Part shown: in pieces, positions 47,926-64,000 of the stretch
Layout: each line of letters begins with the position of its first letter
How positions within the stretch are numbered: position 1 is the stretch's first letter
From: the human T2T-CHM13v2.0 reference genome, Homo sapiens
DNA: 64,000 bases
Assembly (NCBI RefSeq): GCF_009914755.1
Contig: NC_060929.1
Reading direction: 5' to 3' (one strand)
Program-made: the position numbers and the translations under genes
The notes under the pieces: generated by a model
Told to the model about the DNA's origin: nothing
The model's input: the letters and a program-made list of their open reading frames with translations, nothing else
The model's database searches: none

Positions 47926-48479
47926 CAATCATGCAGAAACTTTTTTAGGGGGTATACTATTGTTTTAATATCGTTGCCAATTTAGCTGACTTAAAATATG
48001 TGACATTTTAAAATCAAGAATTTCCATATTTGTATTTGGTTAATGTAAGGAGGATGGAATAACTTTCCCGAATACCCTGTTCTTTTCTACCGTCTTTTTA
48101 AGTTGATAGGTAAGCAGCATTCAAGGAAGGTGGGAATAAAAATTGTTGAAATGTTTAAATATAAAATGATATACATATATGTAAAATTTCATTATCCACA
48201 TTAATGGAGTGGATACATCAAAATACATTTTTTAATTGTGTGTTTCCTAAGAATGTGGCTTTGTGATCATATAAGGATTCACAACATTAACAAATCTTAT
48301 TTTCTGATATCTAGGATTTTTCTTAACTAAAACCATGGACCAGTCATCTCCATCCTCCTTTCTTGCTCTTTGCCCTTGCCCTCCCTTCTTTGAAAAAAAA
48401 AATATTTTTTAGAAGAATTGCAGAAATTTCTCACATTGGTCCCAACAATGGAAACACAATACAAAGACACATTCAAAGA

Positions 48480-49620
<1,141 letters not shown>

Positions 49621-49848
49621 CCCAAACTCCTTTAAACCTCACTCAGTAAAGTAATACCAAAGATAGTTTTGTTGAATGTGTGTACGTGGGAAAAACAGCT
49701 TTATTTTTAAACCAAGTAGTACTTCATGACTTTGGGAGCTGCTCTGTTGAATAAAGTGATCTGGTGTCAGGAACACTCCTCTTTGAATTGTTGAGATATT
49801 TTTGGTGAAATTTATTTAAGCTGAATGTTAAAATGTTACCCTTTGGAG

Positions 49849-50326
49849 CAGGAGTCCCCAGCCCATGGGTGACAACTGGTACCGGGTTGCACAGCAGGAG
49901 GTGAGTGTTGGGCAAAGCTTCATGTGTATTTATAGCTGCTCCCCATTGCTTGCATTACCACCTGAGCTCCGCCTCCTGTCAGATCAGTGGAGGCATTCGA
50001 TTCTCATAGGAGCAGGAACCCTACTGTGAACTGCGCATGCAAGGGATCTAGGTTGTGTGCTCATTATGAGAGTGATGCCTGATGATCTGTCACTGTCTCC
50101 CATCACCCCCAGATGGGACCATCCAGTTGTAGGAAAACAAGCTCAAGACTCCCACTGATTTTATGTCATGGTGAGTTGTATAATTATTTCATCATATATT
50201 ACAATGTAATAATAAACTGCACAATACGTGTAATGCGCTTGAATCATCCTGAAACCATCTGGCTCCATGGAATAACTGTCTTCCCACGAAACCAGTCCCT
50301 GGTGCCAAAAGGGTTGGGGATTGCTG
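49849..50326 (+). mobile_element. MER1A hAT-Charlie element
   Basis: caggagtccccagccc ... aaccagtccctggtgccaaaagggttggggattgctg; 8-bp TSD ctttggag/cattggag. Confidence 0.9.
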
Positions 50327-51949
50327 CATTGGAGTACCTGGAAAAAGTTGATCATAGATTATTTGAATGTGCCTGTTAGTATTCTAGAAATGTGTGTAGA
50401 TTTCAGTCCAGTTATTTTCAAAGCTGAATCTGTTTTTGAGCTTTTCAAGATGTTTTTTCTTTCTGCTTGGCTGTCATTGCACATATATGGTCCATTACTC
50501 AAGGAACTAACACTGAGAGTGTCACATTGTTTCACAGGGGTCCTTGGAACAAAAACACTTTTAAGTTCTTCCACTGCAAATACAGATGACTAATAGAAAC
50601 AATTGGTGTGACAACACATTTCACTCCACAGTGGAAAAAATGCTTTATTCATGGACAATCAATTTTCTATGCAATGTACAGGTATGACCTGTGTAACAGA
50701 ACTCAGCCAGTATGGTGTATCCCTGGACATACGTTAAATAAGTTTTAAAAATCCTTTGGAATCTACTCTTAGCATCATTTCTGAAATTGCAGCATATTTG
50801 TTTTCTGAAGCCATACCTTTTTTTTTTTTTTTTCAGTTTATTCTGAACACAAGCAAAGATAATTCCTTAAAATAGGATCTGGTTGTCTGTATTTGGGTTG
50901 TTTCATTCTGTGTTTTGCAGAAAATGCATCAGATTACTATGGCCATTCAGACATGAAGATAACTAAGCAAGCTACAATACTTGCAGTGTATGTTAAGATC
51001 TCATAGGGCTTTTTCCTAATGAGAAGTTTTATGACGGGGGGGAATGCCCCATCTGGAGTTTACATTAAAGAAAACTTCATGTGTAGATGAAGTTACATGG
51101 ATGTAGCCCTACAAATGAGGCATTTCTTCTGATAATGCAGTTCCACAAGAAACAGCAAATGAAGCGAGGGCTAGACTTCACCCCAACACATCCCCCTAAT
51201 AAGTTATATAAGCATTCACCATGGCCCTGTACCTCATAGTCAGAAGCCCAAGATTCTTATACAGTAATGACAGTCATCTAAATTTCAACTGTTTCACAAA
51301 TCCCTTTAAAGAACAAAAAGAACAAATCACTCAGATACCATACCTAAGCATATTAGATGGCAGAGAAGACAGCAACCTTTAAATTACATATAATTTAGGA
51401 AATAAATATCTGAGTCTCCCAGACCCCACACTGTAGCAGAAAATGATTGGAAAAGGGGTACATAGAAGAGTGCAGGATTCTACTGGTACTGACACAATAT
51501 GAACTGGAGTTTAGAAGGAGAGGGTCTCATTCTGAATGGTGAAATAGAACAAATAACTGGCTACTGAAAAATAGAGTTGGAAATTGTATGTGATTAGGTG
51601 TGAATATTTTGGGAAATTAGTTCTGAAATAGGCCATCTTCAGAGGAACTGATGTCCTTTGGAGGCTTATTGGTGAAGGGAGAGAAGGAAGTAAATGAAGG
51701 TAAGTGTCGTTTAACAAGATATCAAAGAATCCAAAAATATCCTCCATAAAGGTGTGTGATTTTTTTAAAGGAAATCGTGATTTATTTTACAAATAAAGCA
51801 CTGTGCTCCTGAATGAAAAAAACAGCCCCCCTACACTTGTCCATAAGATTGTTTACTATTGTAACGTGAATAGTTTATACCACATGTGAAAAAAAAATCC
51901 ACACAAATTTACTCTCAAAACGTTTCTTTGAACATACAAAAACACGCTA

Positions 51950-52530
51950 GGCCAGGTGCAGTGGCCAGTTCCTGTAATCCCAGCACTGGAAGGCCCAGGC
52001 AAGAGGATTGCTTGAGCCTAAGAGTTCAAGACCAGCCTGGGCAACATAGGAAGACCCCCATCTCTACAAATAATTTAAAAATTAGCCGGGCATGGTAGCA
52101 CATTCTTGTGGTCCCAGCTACTTGAGGCAGGAGGATTGTCTGAGCTGGGGAGGTTGAGGCTGCAGTGAGTAGTGATCATACCACTACTTCAGTCTGGGTC
52201 CAAAGTGAGACCATGTCTCAAAAAAAGCAGGGGAGGAGGGGTGGCTCATGTCTGTAATCCCAGCACTTTGAGAGGTCAAAGTGGGAGGATTGCTTGAGTC
52301 CAGGAGTTCAAGACCAGTCTGGGAAACATGGTGAAACCCCTTCTACAAAAGAAAAAAAAAATAGAAAAATTAGTCATGCATGGTGTCACGTTCCTGTAGT
52401 CCCAGCTACTCAGGAGGCTGAGATGAAAGGATTACCTGAGCCTGAGGAGACCAAGGCTGCAGTGAGCCATGATTGTGCCACTGCACTCCAGCCTGGGTGA
52501 TAGAGTGAGACAGTCTCAAACATAAAAATA
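51950..52530 (+). mobile_element. Two tandem AluJ
   Basis: Diverged Alu consensus twice. Confidence 0.88.
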
Positions 52531-53068
52531 TAAACCACCCTCAATAATTTCATGAAACAGAGGAAAGCAGTAATTCAAAATAGTCTAACTTACTAATTGA
52601 TCGACGGGGTCTCACTCTTGCCCAGGCTGCATTTACAGGACCTGCATTTACTCAGGAATGAAAACAGCAAAATTATCTCATAAATCAAGGCTAAATTAGA
52701 GATGGCCCAAGGGAGAAGAGATATGACTGAAAGCACACATGTAACAGAGAGAATAGAAATTAAATGAGCCAAAAAATGAAGTAAAAAATTGTTGTAGAGA
52801 AAATAATAGATATAGAACACAGAAAAATATGCAATGTTTATGGGAAGGCAGAACTCTGGGTGCAGAGCCAGGAGTTGCAAGCCCAGAGAGCAGAGCTTTG
52901 AATCACAGGGTTATTCTCAGGCCTTGAAGCTGAATGGAATTTTCCCTGCTGTTCTTTGAAATTGCTTGGGACAATGTCAGCACCCCATCAAAAATTACCA
53001 GACAGGAACAGAAGCTGAAAAATGTGACTCATACGAGAGAAATATCAGTCAATAGAAACAGAAAACAT

Positions 53069-53450
<382 letters not shown>

Positions 53451-53454
53451 TTAA

Positions 53455-53760
53455 TCTGGGCATGGTGGCTCATGTCTGTAATCCCACTACTTTGGGAAGA
53501 TGAAGTGAAAGGATCCCTTGAAGCCAGGAGTTTGAGACCAGCCTAGGCAACATAGCAAGACTCCATCTCTACAAAAAATTACTTAAAAATTAGCTGGATG
53601 TGGGTGGTGCATTCCTGTAGTCCTAGCTACTAGGGAGGCTGAGATAGGAGTATTGCCCAGGAGTTTGAGGTGTATCACAGTGAGCTATGATTGCACCACT
53701 GTACTCCAGCCTGGACAACAGTGAGATCCTGTCTCAAAAGAAAACACAACATTTTAAAAA
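53455..53760 (+). mobile_element. AluJ
   Basis: Diverged Alu consensus. Confidence 0.87.
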
Positions 53761-54009
53761 CAACAAACAAAAATAAAACGGAGAGTTCCAAAGTGTCTCA
53801 GAGGAGTAACATAAATCTGGATGGGAACAGAAACAGATGGCCACCTAGAAAACAGAAGAAAACATTGGGCCTCTACCACCCCATTCCCCAACTAGGATTA
53901 GCTGAAAACCAGGAGGAACTTCTCCTTTCAATAAGGAGGTAGGAATGAGGATGGTAGCAACTCCCATCAATACTTTGGACACCAAAAAACAAAACAAAAC
54001 AAAACAAAA

Positions 54010-55645
54010 ACGGATAGGAGGCAGGACTAAATCACAGCTCCCACTCATACAGAGCATTGGGTGGAGACACATTGTGAACTCTTGCTCCAAGAACTACTGC
54101 AGGAATATACCAGGAAAGATGAGCGAATCCACAGACCCTTTGAAGGAAGTGGATTGCTCCTGCAGGACCCAGGAGATAGCCCAAATACTGTGAGTGCCCA
54201 AACTGTGAAAGTGGGAAAGAGGGATCATCTGCCCCTGAACACATACCCTCACTGGGGAACCTGAAGGTTCAGGTCATAGGAGAAGGATTTGACTTACCAG
54301 GAGCTGAGACAATTTAGAAAGCCAAGCAAATTACATGGGTAGAGGAAGCAGTGGGAAAAGCCCTGTGGGCTCTCTGGGTCCCCACGAAAGCCATTTCTGA
54401 CTTTTCTCTCAGGGATCCTTGGGGAGGTACGCCAGAGGAACAGGGAAAAGACCACAGGGAGAAAGAAACCTCCAGCTGAACTTTGTAACAATTCCAACTA
54501 AACACAAAGTCTCCTGGCCAGAACTCTGGGGATGGTGTGAATCCAGTGTGCAGACCGATAGGCGGGGAGGAGTGAAAGCCCTGCTTGCTTCCTCAGCCAG
54601 GAGGCTGGTAGCCTGGGGCAAGTTCTCAGCCCTGCTTGCCCACTGCCTGGAAACCAACTAGGTGCTGTTGGTTGGGGGGCATGGTGAGAGTGAGATCAGC
54701 CTTTTCAATTACATGGGAGCTGGGTGAGGCCTGTAACTGCCAGCTTTCCCACACTTCCCTGACAACCTGCATGACACAGCAGAGACAGCCATAATCCTCC
54801 TGGGAACATAACTCCATTGACCTGGGAGCCACACCCCCATCCCCAACAGCCACCACAGCAAGCCCCGCCCAAGGAGAGTCTGAACTCAGACACGCCTAAC
54901 CCTGCCCTTACCTGATGGTCCTTCCCTACCCAACCTGGTAGCTAAAGACAAAGGTCATATTCTCTTGGGAGTTCCAGGGCCCTGCCCACTGGCTGATCCT
55001 CCTCCATACTACCACAGCTGATGCTCTTTTGATAGATAGCACCACCTCCTGGTAAGAGGTCAACCAGCAGAAAACTAGTGCATTAAACAACTACAACTAA
55101 AGACACTCAGAGTCCATTTCACTCATCTGCCACCTCTACAAAAGCAGGTACTGGTATCCATGGCTGACAGACCTGAAGATGATTCACATCACAGGACTCT
55201 GTGCAGACACCCCCCAGTAGCAGCCCAGAGCCTGGCAGCCCTGCTGAGTGGCTAGATCCAGAAGAGAAATAACAATTACTACAATTTGGCTCTCAGGAAG
55301 CCACATCCCTAGGAAAAGGGGGAGAGTACTACATCAAGGGAGCACCTCATGGGACAAAAGAACCTGAATGGCAGCCTTGAGCCCCAGATTTTCCCTCTGA
55401 CATAGCCTACCCAAATGAGAAGGAAACAGAAAAACAATTGTAATGTGACAAATTAAGTTTCGTCAACACCCCCCAAAAATCACACTAGCTCACCAGCAAT
55501 GGATCCAAACCAAGACGAAATCCCTGAATTGCCAGAAAAAGAATTCAGAAGGTCAATTATTAAGCTAATCAAGGAGTCACCAGAGAAATGTGAAGTCCAA
55601 CTTAAGGAAATAAAAAAAATGACACAAGATATGAGGGGAAAAATC
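54010..55645 (+). mobile_element. L1PB-type 5' UTR and start of ORF1
   Basis: GC-richer 5' UTR (cattgtgaactcttgctccaagaactactgcagg...) then tcacactagctcaccagcaatggatccaaaccaagacgaaatccctgaattgccagaaaaagaattcagaagg. Confidence 0.8.
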
Positions 55646-55699
55646 AGTATGTATAATTGTGTCAATTAAAAACAATAAAAGCATAAAAGAAAAAAGACT

Positions 55700-56790
<1,091 letters not shown>

Positions 56791-56799
56791 ATGTTTTTT

Positions 56800-58262
56800 A
56801 AAGATTCAATGCTATTCCTGTCAAACTACCAATGACATTCTTCACAAAACTAGAAAAAAACTATTTTAAAATTCATGTAGAACCAAAAAAGAGCCCAAAT
56901 AGCCATGGAAATCCTAATCAAAAAGAAGAAAACTGGAGGCATCACATTACCTGACTTCAAACTATATCACAGGGCTACAGTAACCAGAACAGGGGAAAGG
57001 AAAGGACTTCCCATCAATAAATGGTGCTGGGATAACTGGCTAGCTATATGCAGAAGATTGAAGCTGGACCCCTTCCTTACACCATATACAAAAATTAACT
57101 CAAGATGGATTAAAGACTTACATGTAAAAATCAAAACTATAAAAACCCTGGAAGACAACCTAGGCAATACCATCCTGGATATAGGAATGGGCAAAGATTT
57201 TATGACAAAGACACCAAGAAGCAATTGCAACAAAAGCAAGTATTAACAACAGTGATCTAATTAAACTTAAGAGCTTCTGCACAGCAAAAGAAACTATCCA
57301 CAGAGCAAACAGACAACCTATAGAATGGGAGAAAATATTTGCAAACTAGGCATCTGACAAAGGTCTAATATCCAGGATCTATAAGGAACTTCAACAGATT
57401 TACAAGAGAAAGACAAACAACCCCATTAAAAAGTGAGCAAAGGACATGAACAGACACTTTGCAAAAGAAGACATACATGAAGCCAACAAGCATATGAGAA
57501 AAGCTCAAAATCACTGATCATTTGAGAAATGCAAATCAAAACCACAATGGGATACTATTATCATTTTTTGACTTTTTAATAAAATCAAAAAACAACATGC
57601 TGGCAATGTTGCAGAGAAAAGGGAACACTCATACACTGTTGGTGGAAGTGTAAATTAGTTCAACCATTGTGGAAAGCAGTGTGGCGATTCCTCAGTGAGC
57701 TAAAAATGAACTATCATTTGACCAAGCAGTCCTATTACTGGGTATATACCCAGAGAAATATAAATCATTCTACCATAAAGACACATGCACATGTATTCAC
57801 AGCATGTGAATTATTCACGCAGCAGCATTATTCACAATAGCAAAGACATGGAACCAACCTACATGCCCATCAATGACAGAATGGATAAAGAAAATGTGGT
57901 ATACATACGCCATGGAATATCATGCAGTCATAAAAAAGAATGAGATTGTGTCTTTTGTGGGAACATGAATGGAGGAAAAGGCCATTATTCTTAGCAAACT
58001 AATGCAGGAACAGAAAACCAAATACTGCATGCTGTCACCTATCAGTGGGAGCTAAATGATGAGAACACGTGGACACGAACGAAGGGAACAACAGACACTG
58101 GGGCCTACTTGAGGGTGGAGGGTGGAAAAAAGGAGAGGAGCAGAAAAAATAACTATTGTACCTGAGTGATGAAATAATCTGTACAACAAACTCCTGTGAC
58201 ACAAGTCTGCCTATATAACAAACCTGCACAGGTACCCCTGAACCTAAAATGAAAGTTAAAAA
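56800..58262 (+). mobile_element. 5'-truncated old L1PA (ORF2 C-terminus plus 3' UTR) with internal deletion near 56990
   Basis: ORF 56905..57246 [46 protein letters not shown]; 3' UTR ending acccctgaacctaaaatgaaagttaaa. Confidence 0.93.
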
Positions 58263-58276
58263 GGAAATGTTAAAGT

Positions 58277-58526
58277 ACAGTGGCACGATCTTGGCTCACT
58301 GCAACTCTGCCTCCTGTCTTCAAGCGATTCTTCTGCCTCAGCATCCTGAGTAGCGGGGACTACAGGCACGCGTCACCTGTAGCACGCCCGGCTAATTTTT
58401 GTATTTCTAGTATAGACGGGGTTTCACCATATTGGCCACACTGGTCTCGAACTCCTGACCTCCTGATTTGCCTGCCTCAGCCTCCCAAAGTGCTAGGATT
58501 ACAGGCGTAAGCCACCGTGCCTGGCC
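58277..58526 (-). mobile_element. AluS lacking its 3' end
   Basis: Antisense Alu consensus abutting the L1 tail. Confidence 0.88.
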
Positions 58527-58719
58527 AAGAGTTCCTTTTTTTAAGGAGTCCAATTTTTTTAAAAAAGAAAATTAAAAAAGGAATTTCTTCAGGCTAAAGG
58601 CTAAAAGGAATACCTGATGGAAACTTGGATCTACAGTAAAAATTAAGAGTCCCAAATATACTAAATAAGTGAGCATATATTTTTAAAACTTTTCTTCTGT
58701 TTTAACTTTTTCAAAAGAT

Positions 58720-58820
58720 GGCTGGGCATCATGGCTGGAACTGGAACCCAGGAGGCAGAGGTTGCAGTGAGCTGAGATTGCGCCACTGCAGTCCAGCCTG
58801 GGTGACAGAGCGAGACTCCA

Positions 58821-58860
<40 letters not shown>

Positions 58861-58975
58861 AATGTGTGTGTATATATATATATACACATATATATATATT
58901 TTTATATTTTATATAAATATAAATTTATATAAATATATATTTATATATTTATATAAATATTTATATATATTTGTT
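58720..58975 (+). mobile_element. Internally deleted Alu with long A tail followed by AT-rich low-complexity repeat
   Basis: ggctgggcatcatggct joined to gaacccaggaggcagagg...; A-run 58824-58858; (TA)-rich 58870-58972. Confidence 0.85.
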
Positions 58976-59085
58976 TAAAGCAAAAAATAAATATTTTTAT
59001 AGTTATTATATGCATAAATAGAAGTAAACTGTATGACAATCATAATACAAAGGGTGTTATTTTTAATATCCTTTATGAAGATGAT

Positions 59086-59455
59086 TGTTATGGTTTGAAT
59101 TGTGTCCCTGACAAAATTCATATATTGAATCCCTAAGCCCCACTGTGACTGTATTTGGAGATAGGCCTTTAAAGAGGTAATTAAGGTTAAATGAGATCCT
59201 ACAGGTGGGGCCCTAATTCAATATGACTGATTTCCCTATAAGAACAGAGACTAAAGAGAGAGAGAGACATTTGATATGTGCATGCACAAACCAAAGACCA
59301 TGTGAGGATACAGCAAGAAAGTGGTCATCTGCAAGCTAAGGAGAGAGGCCTGTAGAGAAACCAGATGTATTACCTCGATCTTGGACTTCCAGCCTTCAGT
59401 ACTGTGAGAAAATAAATTTCTGTTGTTTAAGCCACCTGGTCTGTTGTAGTGATCA
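59086..59455 (+). mobile_element. MLT1A-like MaLR LTR
   Basis: tgttatggtttgaattgtgtcc...gtatttggagataggcctttaaagagg...ttggacttccagccttcag..aataaatttctgttgtttaagccac. Confidence 0.88.
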
Positions 59456-59554
59456 TGTAGTTTTTTAGTTGTGCCAGAACAAACCAAAAGCATTTCCACT
59501 GGTCAAATTTACAATAATTTGATCATCAAATGTAATGTTAATTAAATGTTAAAC

Positions 59555-61255
<1,701 letters not shown>

Positions 61256-61261
61256 TGAGAT

Positions 61262-61551
61262 CTTTTTTTTGTGGAGACGGAGTCTCGCTCTGTCACCCAG
61301 GCTGGAGTGCAGTGGGCGCGATCTCGGCTGACTGCAAGCTCCAGCCTCCCAGGTTCACGCCATTCTTCTCAGCCTCCTGAGTAGCTGGGACTACAGGCGC
61401 CCACCACCATGCCCAGCTAATTTTTTGTATTTTTAGTAGAGACGGGGTTTCACTGTGTTAGCCAGGATGGTCTCGATCTCCTGACCTTGGGATCCGCCTG
61501 CCTCGGCCTCCCAAAGTGCTGGGATTACAGGCGTGAGCCACCGTGCCTGGC
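61262..61551 (-). mobile_element. AluY
   Basis: gcaagctcc..ggttcacgccattct..gtgttagccaggatggtctcgatctcc. Confidence 0.93.
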
Positions 61552-63509
61552 TGAGGTAATTTTTAATCCACAACGATGTTGAATAAATTTTTTAAGTCCA
61601 GGAGACCATTGCTATGAAGAGTGAGAACTCATACATGATAGTAAGCAGTATACCAACTCTTTACCCTGAGGATTGGTATTTATAATGAAAGAAGTAAGGC
61701 TATTGAAGGAGAACAACATGGAAGTCAAAATCTACTAGGTAAGGGTGCTGTGCTTGAAGCAATACAGGACTAAGATGGGAACTTGTCTTGTTTAAAATCA
61801 AGTAGAGCATTCCCAACGTGGACTAGCATTTGGTGAGTAGAGGTATACAAGATAGCTCTGTCAATAGAGCCAGGACTTTAAGCTATATTTATTTATTTTA
61901 AAAGGCCTTAAAAGGAGCTGAAAAAGTAAAATTGTGTCTTCAAGAACAAGACAAAACAAAACTGGTCATTGTGGTATTTGGGATAGATTCACATGAGATT
62001 TGAGACGGTCCAAAAGGAGAAAATAGTTCAGGTGGGGAAGAACCCACGCAGAGAAACTAATGGTGCAATCATAGAAAAATAAGGATTCCGGCTAGAGACA
62101 ACACTATAATTCCTAAGAATGTCTTAAGGGGTGGCCAATTAGAAACACACAAAGAACTTGGTTTCATGGGGAGTGTGGCTGACCCAATTGGGGACAGTTG
62201 TAGATAAAGTCACATTTTGAAGCAGCCTATAGTCTAGCAAGCTTTCTTTGGAAGAGATGTGTTTTTGTGCCCACGTTATCATAGGAGGTAAATAATTCTG
62301 CTTAAAGAGTGAAAAATACTCTAAAATGGAGGTACAGTCACTAGTGATATGTAATAGCCATGAGAGGCGATTGAGGTCTATTAAAGCAATGGGAAAAGAT
62401 CACTATCTTAAAACCTTGATTCTTATTCTATCCCAGAGTTTCTATTATTTAATAGAAAAAAAAACTATACTCTTCATCTCACTCATCTGGTTACTTTGAG
62501 GACAAGATAAGATTTTATGATAATCCTCCAAAAATAAATAGGACTTGAAAGATAGAGTTGAAACAGTGGACAATTAAAGAGTAATTTGGAAGAATGGTGA
62601 AATTACAGCCATGCTTTGAATCAGGCGGGTTCACTGGCACATTCCCACAAAGATGTGGTTAAGGCACAAAGGCTACATAAACCTTTATGTGGGCTGCATT
62701 TAAGTTGCACATCTTTGCTTCAGTACTTTGCAGCTTGCTGGAAAATGTTAAACCTATCTTTCCCTTTTCTCTTACTTTTGCCCATAGTATCCTCCTCTGC
62801 TTGGCGAACTCCAGTTCATCCTTTTAACTCAAATGGATGGAACCTCCTTTGTGAAATCTTCCCCATTTTCCCAGGGAATGTGAGCTACTTCTTTTCTCTC
62901 CTCCCAGACTATTTGTGCATACATTTTTTATTGCATGTATCACAGTGCCACACAATTATTTCCTTACACTCAAAAAGAAGATGCTTTCTTCTGAGTAAGC
63001 AGAGTAGGGGCTTGGAGGAAAAGAGAAGAGTACACAAGAAAACTGGGTTAGAAGATTTTTTAAAACTTCACAACTTTCTCTGGAGTTAGTTTCCTTACCT
63101 TCAGCTGGGCAGAAACAAAAATAGAAGGCATGCACAGAGGTATTTTTGGCATGCAGCTACAGTAACAGCTATCTCTACTTCATGTGATTTATGGAGTTTG
63201 GGGGTTTTTGGGTCTGGGAGGATTCATCAATTTAGATGTAGCTACAATTATTTTAGAATATATTTAGCCATTGAGTAATGGACTAGTTATTAGGAGCTTC
63301 TAGATTCCAATGTGTTTTATTGGCCCCAAATTGGAAACATGCAAGAGATAGCTTGAAAAGGAAATGACCCAATTATCTATTGGCCCAAATAAGACAGCAA
63401 AGTTAGTTATCTTGCTAATTTCTAAACATCATCACACTATGAAATAAGGCAGAGAGGAAAAAAAGCCCTATTCAATTTCATTAGTAACAAAATGATGAAT
63501 TGATTTTCA

Positions 63510-63925
63510 ATGCAAAGGACCCCAGGGTTGCAAGTCACATAACCTGAGCATGCCCACATAAACCAAGTGTTCCCAATTCATGACCCCGGAGCCAACCACA
63601 GCAGAATGTAAGTACTCAGATTGAAGAATGGGAATGGAATTAAGAAGTGAGGGGTACTGTGTTTTGCTGCAGTATGGATTTAAGAGCCAAGGACCCAGCA
63701 TCACCTCTTTGCATGACCCAATCAGATCATGCCTCCTTGCATTGTTCTGTCTCTCTCACAGTTATCCTCTGCCTATAAACCCTCCCTCCAGACCCCAGCC
63801 TGGGGAGACAGATTTGAGCATTGCATCCTATCACCTTGCCAGTCAACTTGCAATAAAGCTTTCTCATTTTTCAAAAGCCAGTGCCATAGAATTGTTTTCT
63901 AAACACATTGGGCGGTGAGCTCACT
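63510..63925 (+). mobile_element. LTR-like element (family uncertain, ERVL-like)
   Basis: CCAAT (63718), TATAAA (63774) and AATAAA (63852) in LTR order; ggggagacagatttgagc motif. Confidence 0.55.
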
Positions 63926-64000
63926 GATAGGATGCAAGTTGCCTAAGATTTCAGGGGTGCCCCACTCTCCATTCCTCCCCAAAAGTAAACACTGAGACAG

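Larger units (their letters stand above)
46037..47940 (+). other. DMXL1: DMXL1 3' UTR (~1.9 kb, AU-rich, no interspersed repeats recognised)
   Basis: Follows the stop codon; no recognisable transposon until about 48.5 kb; several AATAAA hexamers. Confidence 0.8.

Noticed and set aside
50330-51900. Repeat-poor intergenic stretch after MER1A
   Set aside because: No ORF, CpG island, RNA gene or motif cluster that I can support; enhancer activity cannot be judged from sequence alone.
56905-57246. 113-aa ORF
   Set aside because: L1 ORF2 C-terminal fragment with an internal deletion and frameshift.
62616-63089. 157-aa ORF downstream of the gene
   Set aside because: Non-ATG start, overlaps L2-like pyrimidine-rich sequence, no recognisable domain or splice structure.

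Overview
Human (or closely related primate) genomic DNA, AT-rich and dense in Alu, L1 and LTR repeats. The + strand carries the last 12 coding exons of DMXL1 (Dmx-like 1, a WD40 scaffold of the Rabconnectin-3/RAVE family linked to V-ATPase assembly), from 2133 to the stop at 46036. All splice sites are GT-AG and the phases are consistent; together they encode about 466 C-terminal residues. A 3' UTR of about 1.9 kb follows, with a probable main poly(A) signal at 47920. From about 48 kb to the end the sequence is repeat-filled intergenic DNA; from recalled gene order on 5q23, TNFAIP8 lies beyond the window. Nearly all ORFs in the supplied track are Alu/L1-derived or chance. I found no convincing new multi-gene system. 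The most notable unexplained or under-described items are: (1) an unassigned ~106-nt near-perfect intronic hairpin at 16753-16858, part of which is copied ~1 kb away inside an LTR among other fold-backs; (2) a BC200 retropseudogene sitting in one copy of a tandem duplication, so the other copy keeps the empty site; (3) a symmetric 63-nt cassette exon with weak splice sites and an upstream RBFOX motif; (4) a short retrocopy of an LTR R-region; (5) inverted Alus bracketing a stop-free, frame-closed 351-nt three-exon block; (6) clustered miRNA, Pumilio and UG-repeat sites in the 3' UTR. Repeat subfamily names come from memory of consensus sequences, and repeat boundaries are approximate.
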